Part shown: piece after piece, positions 1 through 11,176 of the stretch
Numbering within the stretch: the stretch's first letter is position 1
How the letters are laid out: each line of letters begins with the position of its first letter
NCBI RefSeq assembly: GCF_001194135.2
Contig: NC_068984.1
Coordinates: 92,526,384 to 92,561,003, forward strand
Direction of reading: 5' to 3'
Length of the DNA: 34,620 nucleotides
Origin: Octopus bimaculoides
Lineage: Eukaryota
The notes under the pieces: generated by a model
Told to the model about the DNA's origin: nothing
The model's database searches: none
The model's input: the letters and a program-made list of their open reading frames with translations, nothing else
Made by a program: the position numbers and the translations under genes

Positions 1-280
1 TGATTCCTAAATATTTGTATGGCTGGCTTTGGTCTAATTCTCTTATTTCATTGGCTTTATCTAGTGTGATGTTGCTACTCTTAACTAGTTTTCCTCTTTT
101 CAGGGTTGCTTTGGCACATTTTTCTAATCCAAATTTCATATCTATTTCTTTGGTAAATCCATGTACTGTCTGTAGTAGTGTTTACAGCTCTTTATCATTT
201 CTAGCGTATAATTTTAGATCATCCATATATAAAAGGTGGCTGATTGTTTTGCTGTAACATTTGTATCCGCATCCAGTTCT
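1..280 (-). mobile_element. 5'-truncated R4/Dong-like non-LTR retrotransposon RT fragment (one in-frame stop), continues off the window edge
   Basis: Minus-strand translation reads RTGCGYKCYSKTISHLLYMDDLKLYARNDKEL*TLLQTVHGFTKEIDMKFGLEKCAKATL...YKYLGI. This has the YMDD catalytic motif plus the MxFGLEKCA and YKYLG motifs typical of RLE-type R4-clade RTs. Confidence 0.75.
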
Positions 281-306
281 ATTTATTATTATTATTATTA
301 TTATTA
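281..306. repeat. (TTA)n/(TAA)n microsatellite
   Basis: Direct reading: atttattattattattattattatta. Confidence 0.95.
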
Positions 307-858
307 CCTCTGCCTTAGTGAAGGCAGAGGTATTGTTTTCAGTCATGTTTGTTTCTTTGTCCATGGACAAGATACCTCAAGAACCGCTGAATGGATTTGG
401 ATGTTTGGCCTCATGACTGGCATGAACTGATTAGATTTGGGGGTTGATCCGGTACTGGACAAGGACTCTGGATTATTTGTTATATTTACTTTACATGATT
501 ACGATTCTATGTTAACTTTCAAGTCTTTCTCAATTATCTCCCTTTAGGCTGTAACTATTTTGAATGGTGAATTTGTTAACTTTGGCTGGTATTAGATAAG
601 GATAAACTATTTGTTACTGTTACTAAATTTTCTACAGCCACTTTCACATACCATTGGGATCGATCAGGTACTGGACAAGGATTCTGGATTATTTTTCCGT
701 TTCTTTTTTACTTAATTTTTGGGAGCAGTCATGTTCGTTTTTAGTATTCTCATTTGTGAGAGCAGTTGAGTTTATTTCAGATATTCTCATTTTAAAAATC
801 ATCTCCGGCTAATCGTTGAGAGGTTGTTGGTGTTACCCTGGTGGAGGTCTGTGCTCTT
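305..858 (+). mobile_element. Non-autonomous Helentron-associated (HINE/DINE-1-like) element
   Basis: Perfect 12-bp hairpin TACCTCTGCCTT-agtg-AAGGCAGAGGTA at 305-332 and a matching 3' subterminal copy GGTGGAGGT at 840-848. There is an internal ~33-nt duplication (about 446-479 vs 657-695), and the element sits inside a T-rich microsatellite. Confidence 0.55.
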
Positions 859-862
859 GTTG

Positions 863-893
<31 letters not shown>

Positions 894-920
894 CATCATC
901 ATCATCATCATCATCATCAC
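859..920. repeat. Compound (TTG)/(TTA)n/(TCA)n microsatellite
   Basis: Direct reading. Confidence 0.9.
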
Positions 921-1188
921 ATGGCTTTCAATTAAGAAATAACTAGAGTACTATGAAAAGTAGAGGTCAAGTCACACTTCAGGCTTTATACATTGAGAGA
1001 ATTTAGAAAGAATTTAGTATGTTCTTTCCTTGCTTCATCTATAAAAGGAAACTTAAAAAGTATTTTTATTTTTCAATTTTAACAATTAAGCAATTCTAAC
1101 ACTATCATAATTACTTATTTACATTCAGGGAACATTTGCTTATCATTTTATGAACTAATACACGATCTACATTTTTTTTTTTTTCTAG

Positions 1189-1290
1189 TGTACAAATGAA
1201 GATATAGAACATGGAACTGAATGTTTACATTTAGTTCAAAAGTATACCAATATTAATGCATTTCTCATTGAGGGACCACCCCTTTGGAAA
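1189..1290 (+). CDS. Candidate internal exon of an unidentified host gene (phase 0/0): [34 protein letters not shown]
   Basis: Acceptor (t)13ctag|, donor AAA|GTAAGT, 102 nt, open reading frame, not TE-like. Confidence 0.7.
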
Positions 1291-1379
1291 GTAAGTATTA
1301 AGTAACCCTACCAACTAATATTTAAATGAAAAATTGTACTCATCGAGTCAAAGCAAAAATCTTGTTTATTCTTGCTTAA

Positions 1380-2200
1380 GAATCTATATCTTTCTTTGAA
1401 TATCATTAACTTTTAAGGGAATATTCATTTTCTCCTCAACCTTTTCACCTCACATTTTCACTTCTTAGTAAGGAATACTAGTATCTGTGGTGATATTTAA
1501 AGAGCCTTTGAGTATAACTGTTCTGATTCATTTGTGAAATTAAGAGACTGTACAGTATACTTGTCATTTATTGAAGTACATGTAGTAAAAGCCATATATG
1601 CATGCAGTAGATTTAGTGTTTTGCTTAACAGCTACTTGCAGACTTTGGTTATAAAGAATCAGTTGCACATTAAACATAATTATTTTTTTACTACCAATAG
1701 TTTCCAGTTCACCTACAGGAAGATAATAGCATGAATGCTTTTTTTTTTCTGTCATTAATATTATTGCCATTAGAACTATGTTCATCATGTAGGATGGGTT
1801 GAGCAATTTACATATATGTTCTGTTGACTCAGCTGGCTCTATCTTTGATTATTTTCTCTGGATCTCATATAGATCAATCTAATTCTACCATTCTATGCTT
1901 TATATAATGTACCTTATCATACATTTTAAAAAGTAAGTTTGAACCTAAATAACTTTTCCTAATGCAAGAAATCTGATAAATGAATGTGATATATGTGAAG
2001 ACCTTATGCTAAATCAACTTCCTTGATTGCTTCAAAAATGGAATTCTTTCCATATATCATACTGTTTCAACTAACTGGATATAGGTGATACCAAATTTTT
2101 CCTTAGCAAAAATGTCTATCTTCATCATTACTTCAGTTGGTATATTAAAAATTCTGAACTTAAAATTTGTTGATCAATAACTTAAATTCTAATTTTATTC
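1380..2200 (-). mobile_element. Heavily decayed Penelope-like (Naiad-type) 3' half: RT thumb to GIY-YIG region
   Basis: Only fragmentary motif echoes across many frameshifts (DIFAKENL, SYMMNIV, GFTTCTSI...KALKY). Weak. Confidence 0.25.
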
Positions 2201-2417
2201 TCACTGACAGTCAGAAGTAACTACTTAACATGATTTATATGAAAAAGTATTATTATTACATAAATATTATTGGATTATACATAAAAACTACAATACATTA
2301 AAAAAATATAGTAATCTTAAATCCAACCCAACTAGCTTTTAATGAACAGCAAAATTATACAGCTATACAATTTCATTAGTTTTTAATCCCAGACACAACA
2401 GTAACCTAATTCTAGAA

Positions 2418-4604
2418 CAGTGGTTCTCAAGCCTTTAAAAAATTTTACATGCCAGTCCCATTACAGTTTTTTTATTGATTCATGGTCCCCTATTAAATGT
2501 AGGATAATTAACATGAAAAAAATGACATACATTTGTGTATCATAATTTCCGGACTATGAACCACACTGCCCATAAACCTGCAACCTTGAAAACCACAACT
2601 TAATCCATGCAATACCCCTTTGAGATACAAAAAATACACATGAAAATATGGGAAATCAGTTGATCAATTGGTTACAAAACAAATGAGAAACAAAACCAGT
2701 CCAAAAATATCCCCAGCACCCAGTATTAACAACTGCATAAGACCCATTTGTGCCCATTTGGCAGAAAGAAACTGCAGGTCATACACTGAAAACTACAGTA
2801 TATATATGTACATAACTGTGGTTCTTGAGCTGTTGGCATCACCTTCCCCTTTCACCATCTTTGGGATGCTATTCCTCCCCATTGTCAGGCCATTGCTCAT
2901 ATTGATTATCCAAGAGGTGTATTTCAACTAATTTAGGGAAGACCCTGTTTATTTTCTTCTCAAAAGCTATCTCACTTGTGAATGCAACAGAAGCATTCCG
3001 AATTCAGAATCACTTTCTTTGCTGCACAACTCGACAAATAGATGGGAGTTGAGTGCATTCACTTTGATGAAGTTCACTGCTGTAATCACATATTTCAGAA
3101 CATTTTTTAACTCATCAGGCATGGTTTTCACCATTAGTGCTTGTCAATGAATTGTGTAGTGTGTACCAATAGCACCTGGGGATTTTCTTTCACCGAAGTC
3201 TGAAAATGGAAACAGCAGACAAGCATTGCCAAAGTGTCATCAGTGCACATGCCAATGACATGCTCTCAGTTGATATGTGCTTCAAAAAATTTGTCCACTT
3301 TATTAAATATTTTTCTTGCGGTTGTTTTTTGGTTCTGAGGGTTTTACAAAACCGGAATTCGTCCTCCAAGTGATTGTTATGTACATAACATACAGAGATA
3401 CAAAGTTGGATTAAGTTGGAAACATCTGTTGTTTCATCAAGCTGGAGTGCAAAAAAGTTCAAAAGCAAATTGTGAATCTGAGAGACTAACTTTGACAGAA
3501 TGCTATCAGACAGTTCAGTTATTTGTTTGCTAACAGTATCTTTTGAGAGAGAGAGAGAGAGAGAGACATGTTTCAGCTTCAGAAGTTCAAAATTTCTTAG
3601 CACATTTGATATGATATCTCTGCAGCAAGGCAATATCAACTCTTCACTGATATTGTGGAGTTTTTTTGGTAACAGCTATTTTTCTTGAAACCTCGTAGGA
3701 TGCTTTGAAACCAGCTGTAATGTCCAGCAAAAACATTCTTGTGTCATCGAGTCTGGACTTCATCAATCTGTCAGCTTTTCATCTGAAGAAGTCAACATCT
3801 CTATTAATTGAACTGGAATACTTCATTTCAAAGTGCTACTTTAACTAGCTAGGCTTTAGTGAAGTAGATGCCAAAACCTCTGAGTACAAAACACACTGTG
3901 GTTTCTTTCTTCACCAGACTTTATCACAGTAAAGCCAAATTTCAAATAAGATTCATCATATCTCATTTTCTTTTTTGGAGGCATTATATAAAAAGATAAA
4001 ATTCACTAAACCAATTTAATATAACTACATTGTATATTTATTTCACATTTATCATATATTATGGGGTATGCTAATTAACAATAAAGCTTACCTCTCACTA
4101 TTGATTGTGGAAGAAATCCAAAATGCATATGAGTGTTATTTTGTCTGTAGATAAACCTCTGTGAATTGACAACCGTTTAGAAAACAGTCCCGAAGAACAA
4201 CCATGCCTTATAAAGCCCAGCCATCATGCAGGATGAGAAAGAGTGTCTCGCAAAGGGAAAAGTCATGTGGGAACATGCACTGATGAGGATAACGATGGCA
4301 AGAGACATGCAAACATGTGGATTGCAATAGTGAAGTGGTGAATCATGTGAGCGTAGAATACCAACAGTTCACGCATGATAAACTGTTATACCCGCATATT
4401 TTTCATTGGTCAGTCACACTTGTGGTTAGCAAATGAGTGTGTAGGAGTGGCATGGGGTTTTGAGACTAAGAACAAAAAAAGATGAATTGAAAGTTTTGAA
4501 ATTTTAAAGCTTAACTGTCTCAAGCCACCCATTTTCACAATGCTTCAGTGCCCATTCACCATCCCCCCCAAACCACTTTGCAGACCCCAGTTTGAGAACC
4601 ACTG
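2418..4604 (-). mobile_element. hAT superfamily, Buster/Charlie-type DNA transposon, internally deleted, with both TIRs
   Basis: Perfect 13-bp TIRs CAGTGGTTCTCAA (2418-2430) and TTGAGAACCACTG (4592-4604). The flanking 8-mers ttcTAgaa and gacTAaaa match at 5/8 with a central TA. Transposase remnants lie inside. Confidence 0.9.
2930..3984 (-). pseudogene. Disrupted Buster-type hAT transposase (BED finger plus catalytic N-half)
   Basis: Starts MPPKKKMRYDESYLKFGF at 3984. Also contains FFALQLDETTDVSN (first catalytic D), THYTIH*QAL (CxxH region), NFIKVNALNSHLF and LLLHSQVR*L. Stops, frameshifts and a (GA)n tract at 3545-3566 disrupt it, and the C-terminal part is not recognisable. Confidence 0.85.
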
Positions 4605-5017
4605 GACTAAAATGAAAGGATTTGAAATAAACATTTTTATAGAACTTTGAACCATTTTAATTTGATCTGTTCCTTAAACAATACTCACTGTATAAACCAA
4701 CCAGGGAGCTACGACATCAGAGATGAAGCACTATATCTCCTTTGAAATTGTAGAAAAAGATGTACAAATCACCAGTTTTCTTTCTGACATGTGGATAAGA
4801 AGAAAGCCACAAGTTAACTAACCCTATATGGGATCTGAAGGCCAACTACACACCACACACTATGAAGTGGAGTAACGTGAACTGATCCACACATACATTA
4901 ATAGATCAAAGAATTACTGACTTTGTGTAGCTGAAAGATCTCATATTCTTTTTATATCAAAGAACTCCTCTGGCCTGCTAAATTCCAGATCTGAAATTTT
5001 TATTAAATGTAAACATA

Positions 5018-5395
5018 GGTGCAGGCATGGCTGTGTGGTAAGAAACTTGCTTTCTAACCACATGGTTCTGAGTTCAGTACCACCGTGTGGTACTTTGGTG
5101 AAGTGACTTCTATAGCTTCAGGCCGACCAAAGCCTTGTGAGTGGATTTGGTAAATGGAAACTGAAAGAAGCCCATTGTGTATGTATGTGTGTGTCTATGT
5201 TTGTACCCCACCACTACTTGACAACTGGTGCTGGGGTGTTTACATTCCCATAACTTAGCAGTTCAGTAAAAGAGACTATTGAATAAGTACCAGGATTAAA
5301 AGAAAAAAAATACTGGGTCACTTCATTCAACTAAAAGTTCTTCATGGTGGTGCCCCAGCATGGCCATAGTCTAATGACTGAAACAAGTAAAAGAT
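5018..5395 (+). mobile_element. tRNA-derived SINE (octopus-type), near full length
   Basis: Head ggcatggctgtgtggtaagaaacttgc...gagttcagtacc with A/B-box-like motifs, an internal (GT)-rich tract and the tail ccagcatggcc...gactgaaacaagtaaaagata. Homologous to the copies at 5849, 10322 and 11177. Confidence 0.85.
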
Positions 5396-5848
5396 ATGGA
5401 CAAATTTCTTTAGTTGAACTGCAGGACACTGCCCTCTCTAGACTAAGCATGCAGTCTCACAGACTTTGGCCTCCTTCCTGTTGAATTAATTTGCATCAAC
5501 CACATTAATTTTGATTTGAATACCATCCCTATTAATTCTGATCTGAACAGATGAAAGGAAGCAACTCTTGACTTCATTTTTCTCTTTCTTATTTTCCCAT
5601 TCCACTTTTTGCCTTTACCTTCCCCCTCATCTTTTCTCATGTTTTCTTAAAGACTAGCATACTTTTTTTTTCTTTTTTTTTTTTTTCAAAGATCAGTGTC
5701 CTGTGTCATTTTTTTTCAAAAAAGACAAGTGATGTTGTATATTAGAATCTGAAATATTACTTGGAAACACAAGGCATGACACAAGGCTTGTCTGTTTGTT
5801 GTGTTTTTCACAGCATGAAACTAATAATTGCTCAAATTTAAATGCCCT

Positions 5849-6074
5849 TTATCTTGTACTTGTTTCAAACATTAGACTGCAACCATACTGAGGCACTGCC
5901 TTCAAGAATTTTTTTAATCAGTGAATCAATCCCAATGCTTACATTTTTTAAGCCTGGTACTTATTCTATTGGGCACTTTTTCCAAACTGCTAAGGTACAG
6001 GGACATAATCACACCAACATCAGTTGTCAAGCAGTGATGAGAGACAAACACAAACACTAAGACATACATACATA
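5849..6074 (-). mobile_element. 3' half of the same SINE family, cut at its microsatellite by the maT element
   Basis: Reverse-complement match to 5190-5395 (cctggtacttattc, ttgtttca..cattagactg). Confidence 0.8.
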
Positions 6075-6928
6075 CAGGGTGCGGTGAATATATTGTCATC
6101 TAAGTTATGCAAAAATGAAAATAACACTGACATCTCATTTTAACAGATATATTTACCAAAATTACATAAAATATTTTGAAATACTAAAAAGTAACTTTCT
6201 TCAATAAAATCACCATTGGCTTCAAACACGGCCTCCAGAAACTTCGGAATCTCCTGCAACTCTTCTGGACTATCTCCTTGTTTAAGTCGGTGAATGCTAC
6301 CATAATCTTACCTTCAGTTCATCTTTGGTGTTACAAGGAATTTTGCTGGTCTCTCACTCAACTGCGCCCCACACATAATAATTAAGGGGATTGCAGTCTG
6401 GGGAGTTAGGTGGCCAGATGTTAGGGGTGATATGGTTGCAGAGGTTGTTTGACAGCCAACATTGGGTTCGCCTGCTTGTGTGGCATGGTGCAGAGTCCTG
6501 TTGCCAGACATAGGGTTTTCTAGTTGTCACCTTCTTGACCTAGGGCAGCACTACCTCCTCCACGCACTTGGTGTAGGCCTCCATGTTGAGTCTGAAGCCA
6601 TGTGGGAAGATGAATGGAGGCATAACGTCGCCATCACTAGTGATCACTCCAAACACCACAATGTTTGATTTTTATTACTCTCAGTACATGTTTTGGTGAC
6701 ACAGCAAGCCAACTGTTCTGTGTGTTCACCATCTGTTCATATTGGAGCTTCCAGCATAAATACCAAGCAACACAACATGTTTCCAAATTTCTGGCAGAGT
6801 GAATTGCTTCATGATGCTGTTTTTCTCATAGATGGTGACCAAATGACCCTACTATACTGTGTAGTCAACAAAATAAAAATTAATGCGCATACACAAAATT
6901 AAAAATATAGAATAGTGACAATTTACCC

Positions 6929-6930
<2 letters not shown>
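6075..6930 (-). mobile_element. Tc1/mariner superfamily DD37D (maT-type) transposon, internally deleted
   Basis: Minus strand reads VFGVITSDGDVMPPFIFPHGFRLN...YVWQQDSAPCHTSRRTQCWLSNNLCNHITPNIWPPNS(P)DCNPLNYYVWG. There are 37 residues between the second D and the third acidic position (here N). The left end is TA|CAGGGT and the right end ACCCTG, an imperfect TIR. Confidence 0.8.

Positions 6931-6971
<41 letters not shown>
6931..6971. repeat. (TA)n microsatellite running into an assembly gap
   Basis: Direct reading. Confidence 0.95.
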
Positions 6972-7779
6972 NNNNNNNNNNNNNNNNNNNNNNNNNNNNN
7001 NNNNNNNNNNNNNNNNNNNNNNNNNNNNNNNNNNNNNNNNNNNNNNNNNNNNNNNNNNNNNNNNNNNNNNNNNNNNNNNNNNNNNNNNNNNNNNNNNNNN
7101 NNNNNNNNNNNNNNNNNNNNNNNNNNNNNNNNNNNNNNNNNNNNNNNNNNNNNNNNNNNNNNNNNNNNNNNNNNNNNNNNNNNNNNNNNNNNNNNNNNNN
7201 NNNNNNNNNNNNNNNNNNNNNNNNNNNNNNNNNNNNNNNNNNNNNNNNNNNNNNNNNNNNNNNNNNNNNNNNNNNNNNNNNNNNNNNNNNNNNNNNNNNN
7301 NNNNNNNNNNNNNNNNNNNNNNNNNNNNNNNNNNNNNNNNNNNNNNNNNNNNNNNNNNNNNNNNNNNNNNNNNNNNNNNNNNNNNNNNNNNNNNNNNNNN
7401 NNNNNNNNNNNNNNNNNNNNNNNNNNNNNNNNNNNNNNNNNNNNNNNNNNNNNNNNNNNNNNNNNNNNNNNNNNNNNNNNNNNNNNNNNNNNNNNNNNNN
7501 NNNNNNNNNNNNNNNNNNNNNNNNNNNNNNNNNNNNNNNNNNNNNNNNNNNNNNNNNNNNNNNNNNNNNNNNNNNNNNNNNNNNNNNNNNNNNNNNNNNN
7601 NNNNNNNNNNNNNNNNNNNNNNNNNNNNNNNNNNNNNNNNNNNNNNNNNNNNNNNNNNNNNNNNNNNNNNNNNNNNNNNNNNNNNNNNNNNNNNNNNNNN
7701 NNNNNNNNNNNNNNNNNNNNNNNNNNNNNNNNNNNNNNNNNNNNNNNNNNNNNNNNNNNNNNNNNNNNNNNNNNNNNNN
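6972..7779. other. Assembly gap (N run)
   Basis: N characters. Other gaps are at 15946-15955, 16490-16499, 18770-19062, 25407-25506 and 33245-33254. Confidence 1.
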
Positions 7780-8760
7780 TGTTGGACATCAGCTTGGGTC
7801 CAAAGCTCGTTGCTGGACAGAGTGAGTGGTATGAAATGGAGACACTTATTAAGGAGAGAATGCTTGGTTTCAGAGAGGGAGTATTCAAGAGGAATAGTAA
7901 CAAGAGTGAATGAGTGAGGGGTGAATGAAGGAAGGTGAATTAGGTGGGGAAGGGGTGATTGAGGCGGTGGTAAGCTGGATGGAGAGAGAAGAGGAAGTGG
8001 TAGGTGATAGGTGGAGGAGTTGGTAAGGGTGAGGTAGTGAAATGGTTGAGGTGAGGATGGAGTGGATTAGAGAGGGGGAACGGGTGGATTTAGTGGTATC
8101 AGGTGGGACAGGATGAAGGAGTGATTGAAGTTTGTAGTGTTTAGTGCAAGCAAGAAAGCCATGGAGAATATGGTTGAGACAGAATAAAACACAGGATGGT
8201 GTAAGCAAAAGAGAGAGGGCTGTCAAGGGTGTGTATTTTGAAGGGATTAGAATGGACGGCGACGTGCATAAAGTGACAGGAAGTGACACCGAGGATGGAT
8301 AAGATGGTGAAAGGTAAAATGAAAATGAAGGTGGAAACCTTTGGGAGTGAGGCTGGGGTCAAGGTAGTGACTGAGGAAAGAAATATGGTTGGAGAAACAG
8401 ATATTTTTGAAAACAAGTAGGGAAAGGTTAGAGGTAATGTTTGAGATGCTAGTGTAGGTAGAGGAGAAAAATTTTATGATTAGGCATGCTGGAATGAGAA
8501 ATAGAAAGTAAAAAAGAAAATAAAAGAAGAGAAAATGGCAAAGTTATTTATGTACAAGGTTTACAATAAGCTCAAAAGTTCAAAAAGTTATAGTAGATTG
8601 GTATGATACAAATCAACAAGTGTACAGTAAGATCCATAACAGTAGTCCAAAAAGTGTAAGGCACCAATGGTAATCAGGGTGTTGTGATAGTAAGGTGGAT
8701 AAGAAGTATCAAAGATCCAAGAAGAAAGTGTGTGGGATGGGGTGTGGTAGAATGTGAGAC
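7780..8760 (-). mobile_element. Penelope-like element (Neptune/Poseidon-type), decayed 5' ORF region
   Basis: Minus strand reads ICFSNHISFLSHYLDPSLTPKGFHLHF (cf. PLE N-terminal NHxxFLxRCxxxxxxPKGF) and TLSETKHSLLNKCLHFIP...NELWTQADVQ (cf. LSxxExxxLxKGLxFxP). It runs into the gap. Confidence 0.6.
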
Positions 8761-8761
8761 A

Positions 8762-9018
8762 AACAACACCAGCTGCAACATGAAGGACGAGCTGAGGGCC
8801 AGGATTACCAGGGCTTTTAGGAGCCTAAAATAGGAGACAGTAACAAAGGCCTGTGGCTGGTTCTGAAGTCACCTGGAGGCCAAAGATGAGTTCATTGAGT
8901 GAGATAGACAGTACATGTTACAGAGACAAACTAAAACAAATTTGACTAATATATCTCAAAAAATAAAACCATTTTTTTCCTGAGACATTTATCATGCAAA
9001 CGAATACCATCTGCACCG
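8762..9018 (+). mobile_element. 3' fragment of a second maT-type mariner family
   Basis: About 75-80% similar by eye to 30650-30880 (gagggccaggattaccagggc...ggcctaaaataggaga...tttcctgagaca). Confidence 0.75.
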
Positions 9019-9369
9019 TGTGTGTGTGTGTAGATAATAAAGAGTACATATTTTTAATACCCTATTACCATGACTGTTCTGATGTCAGTTTCCTTTATAT
9101 GGTAGACCATTCCTATTTCAGCATTTGTAAATCAACTACATTCATTGCCATCACATAACTTAGATGTAGACACTTTCCCTAGTATATATTTTCATTAGTT
9201 TTACTTTCATTAAATTCAAAGTTGTTCTTCACATCTTTACGTTGTTATTTTGTTGGGGTTTTTTTCTGAAAAAAATTTCTTAATTGTTTTTCACATCATA
9301 AATATTTTCTTAGTTTACTGAGTAATGTGTCTAAGATATTTTCTTAACATTTTTTTTTTACTTTTATAG

Positions 9370-9415
9370 GTTACTTTTAGAAAAGATTATTTTGCAGCAG
9401 AAGGATGTCTTAAAG
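9370..9415 (+). CDS. Candidate host exon, 46 nt (VTFRKDYFAAEGCLK if phase 0; the alternative frame LLLEKIILQQKDVLK is also open)
   Basis: Acceptor ttttttttacttttatag|, donor AAG|GTATCG. Phase 0 is compatible with the exon ending at 1290. Confidence 0.55.
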
Positions 9416-9810
9416 GTATCGCTTAAATATATTTTAATATTTTAAAGTTTTCAAATGCTATTTTGTAATTATTCCACATGTATATTTTAAAAAATATACA
9501 TGTGGAATATCAGTAAATTTATATATTCTGGACTTTGAATAGTTTTTGAAACTCTTGATGAAATAACTTATGGTAAACATTTTCTATTTCTTTACATTGA
9601 CCCTTAAAGTCCAATGTTGTAGTTATCTTTAGTTGTCACTATGACCTGAATCAAATGAAACATGCAGTTCAAATACTGTTGTCATTCGGGAATCAAAAAC
9701 TGGAACCAAGTACTCTTTTATGTAAGATAAAAAATTTAACCTGTCAAAAGACTTCCTTTTTCAGAATATGTGTATTTATTGTTTTTATTTTAACAATGAA
9801 ATTTCTACAG

Positions 9811-9843
9811 ATTTTTTTCTTCCTTCGATTTTAAGTCTTAAAG
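9811..9843 (+). CDS. Weak candidate host micro-exon, 33 nt, phase 1/1 (DFFLPSILSLK)
   Basis: Acceptor atttctacag|, donor AAG|GTGGTT. Only one frame is open, and it matches the phase left by 9370-9415. Confidence 0.3.
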
Positions 9844-10193
9844 GTGGTTAATACCTGAAGCAATAAGTTAGAATTCAATGATATTATTTAATAGTTATTA
9901 TTATTATTCTTTTTTTTTTTAATTTAGTTAGGAAGTCAATGCGCAGGAATTGATATCTTGTAAATATATCTTAAAACACTAAAGTGTAATCAACTTTATT
10001 GTATTCAACCTATCCTGGCAGGTGAAAAGATCTAAGAACTGCTTAAAATCAACAATAGCAGGTAAAAACTACATTCACAACATATATCAAATATTATATC
10101 AGATCAGTAAATTTCATCCAAATTAATGGCAATAATTATATATTTATTCATACTGGACTAACTGCATTTTTGAAAACCTCTAGTTTCTAACAG

Positions 10194-10279
10194 GATTGAG
10201 TGATAAATGTTCACTAATGCCAGTTATTTTTCTAACAAAAATTGTTTTTTCTCAGAAGAATTGGGAATATAGAGGAATA
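10194..10279 (+). CDS. Weak candidate host exon, 86 nt, phase 1/0 (GLSDKCSLMPVIFLTKIVFSQKNWEYRGI)
   Basis: Acceptor tttctaacag|, donor ATA|GTAACT. It closes the phase chain to 24089, but the boundaries are uncertain. Confidence 0.25.
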
Positions 10280-10321
10280 GTAACTGCCGATATCAAACTG
10301 GATGAATCTAGTTCTTGTCGT

Positions 10322-10724
10322 TTATCTTTTACTTGTTTCACTCATTAGACTGTTGCCATGCTGGGGTACTGCCTTGAAAAATTCTAGTTGAGTGAATCAA
10401 ACTCAATACTTTTTGTTTTTTGAGCCTGGTACTTATTCTATCAGTCCCTTTTGCCAAACTGATAAGTTATAGGGACTTAAACACACCAACATCAGTCATC
10501 AAGCATTGGTGGGGCACAAACACAGACACAAAGACACACCACACACACACAGATATATATATATGTATATAACAGGCTTCTTTCAGTTTCTGCCTACCAG
10601 ATTCACTCACAAGGCTTTGGTTGATCCAAGGCTATAGTAGAAAACACTTGCCCAAAGTGTCATGCAGTGGAACTGAACCTGAAATCATGTGTATGGGAAG
10701 CAAACTTTTTACCACACAGACACT
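10322..10724 (-). mobile_element. tRNA-derived SINE, near full length
   Basis: Reverse-complement homology to 5018-5395 over the head, the microsatellite and the tail. Confidence 0.85.
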
Positions 10725-10739
10725 GTTCCTTAGTTTTTA

Positions 10740-11160
10740 GGTTCCTAAATCAGTTTGGTACTTAATCCTTGTTTTGCCGAAGGTCTAGTTTGACAAATTT
10801 TATGATTGACAATATTATTTTATCCAATATTCTTTTACTGAGCCTACAATGTCTAACTTTGATGGACTTATTAGCTTGATAGTAGGGTATTCATTGAAAT
10901 TCTATTTATGATTCTTTAGGTTAAACCAAGGACACTTTGGTTAAAAAGGTTCAGTCTGGTCATCACTTAAGACCTCTAAATATTTAGCATGCATTTTCTT
11001 TTAGTTTCCTTAGCTTAGCTTATCTTCAGTAGTTTTTTAATAGTTCTTTTAAGATGAATTTATCTGTATTTAGTTGCATCCAGATGGTATGAATTTCCTA
11101 TTTTAACTGAATGGACTTTCCAATTTTCTTATGTTGAATATTTTTCCAGATAACTCAGTC
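10740..11160 (-). mobile_element. Penelope-like (Naiad-type) RT N-terminal fragment
   Basis: Minus strand reads FNLKNHK*NFNEYPTIKLISPSKLDI then (frameshift) SKRILDKII (cf. TLKDHKxNFxxxPxCRLINPxKSEIGxISKxILD). Confidence 0.65.
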
Positions 11161-11176
11161 TGGAATCTTTGTTTTT

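Noticed and set aside
5018-5090. tRNA gene (also 32355 and 33060-33139)
   Set aside because: These are tRNA-derived SINE heads with no full cloverleaf, continuing into SINE bodies.
6915-7913. Long ORFs of about 300 aa in the ORF track (also 18719-19105, 25337-25660)
   Set aside because: They are artefacts of N runs and (TA)n tracts.
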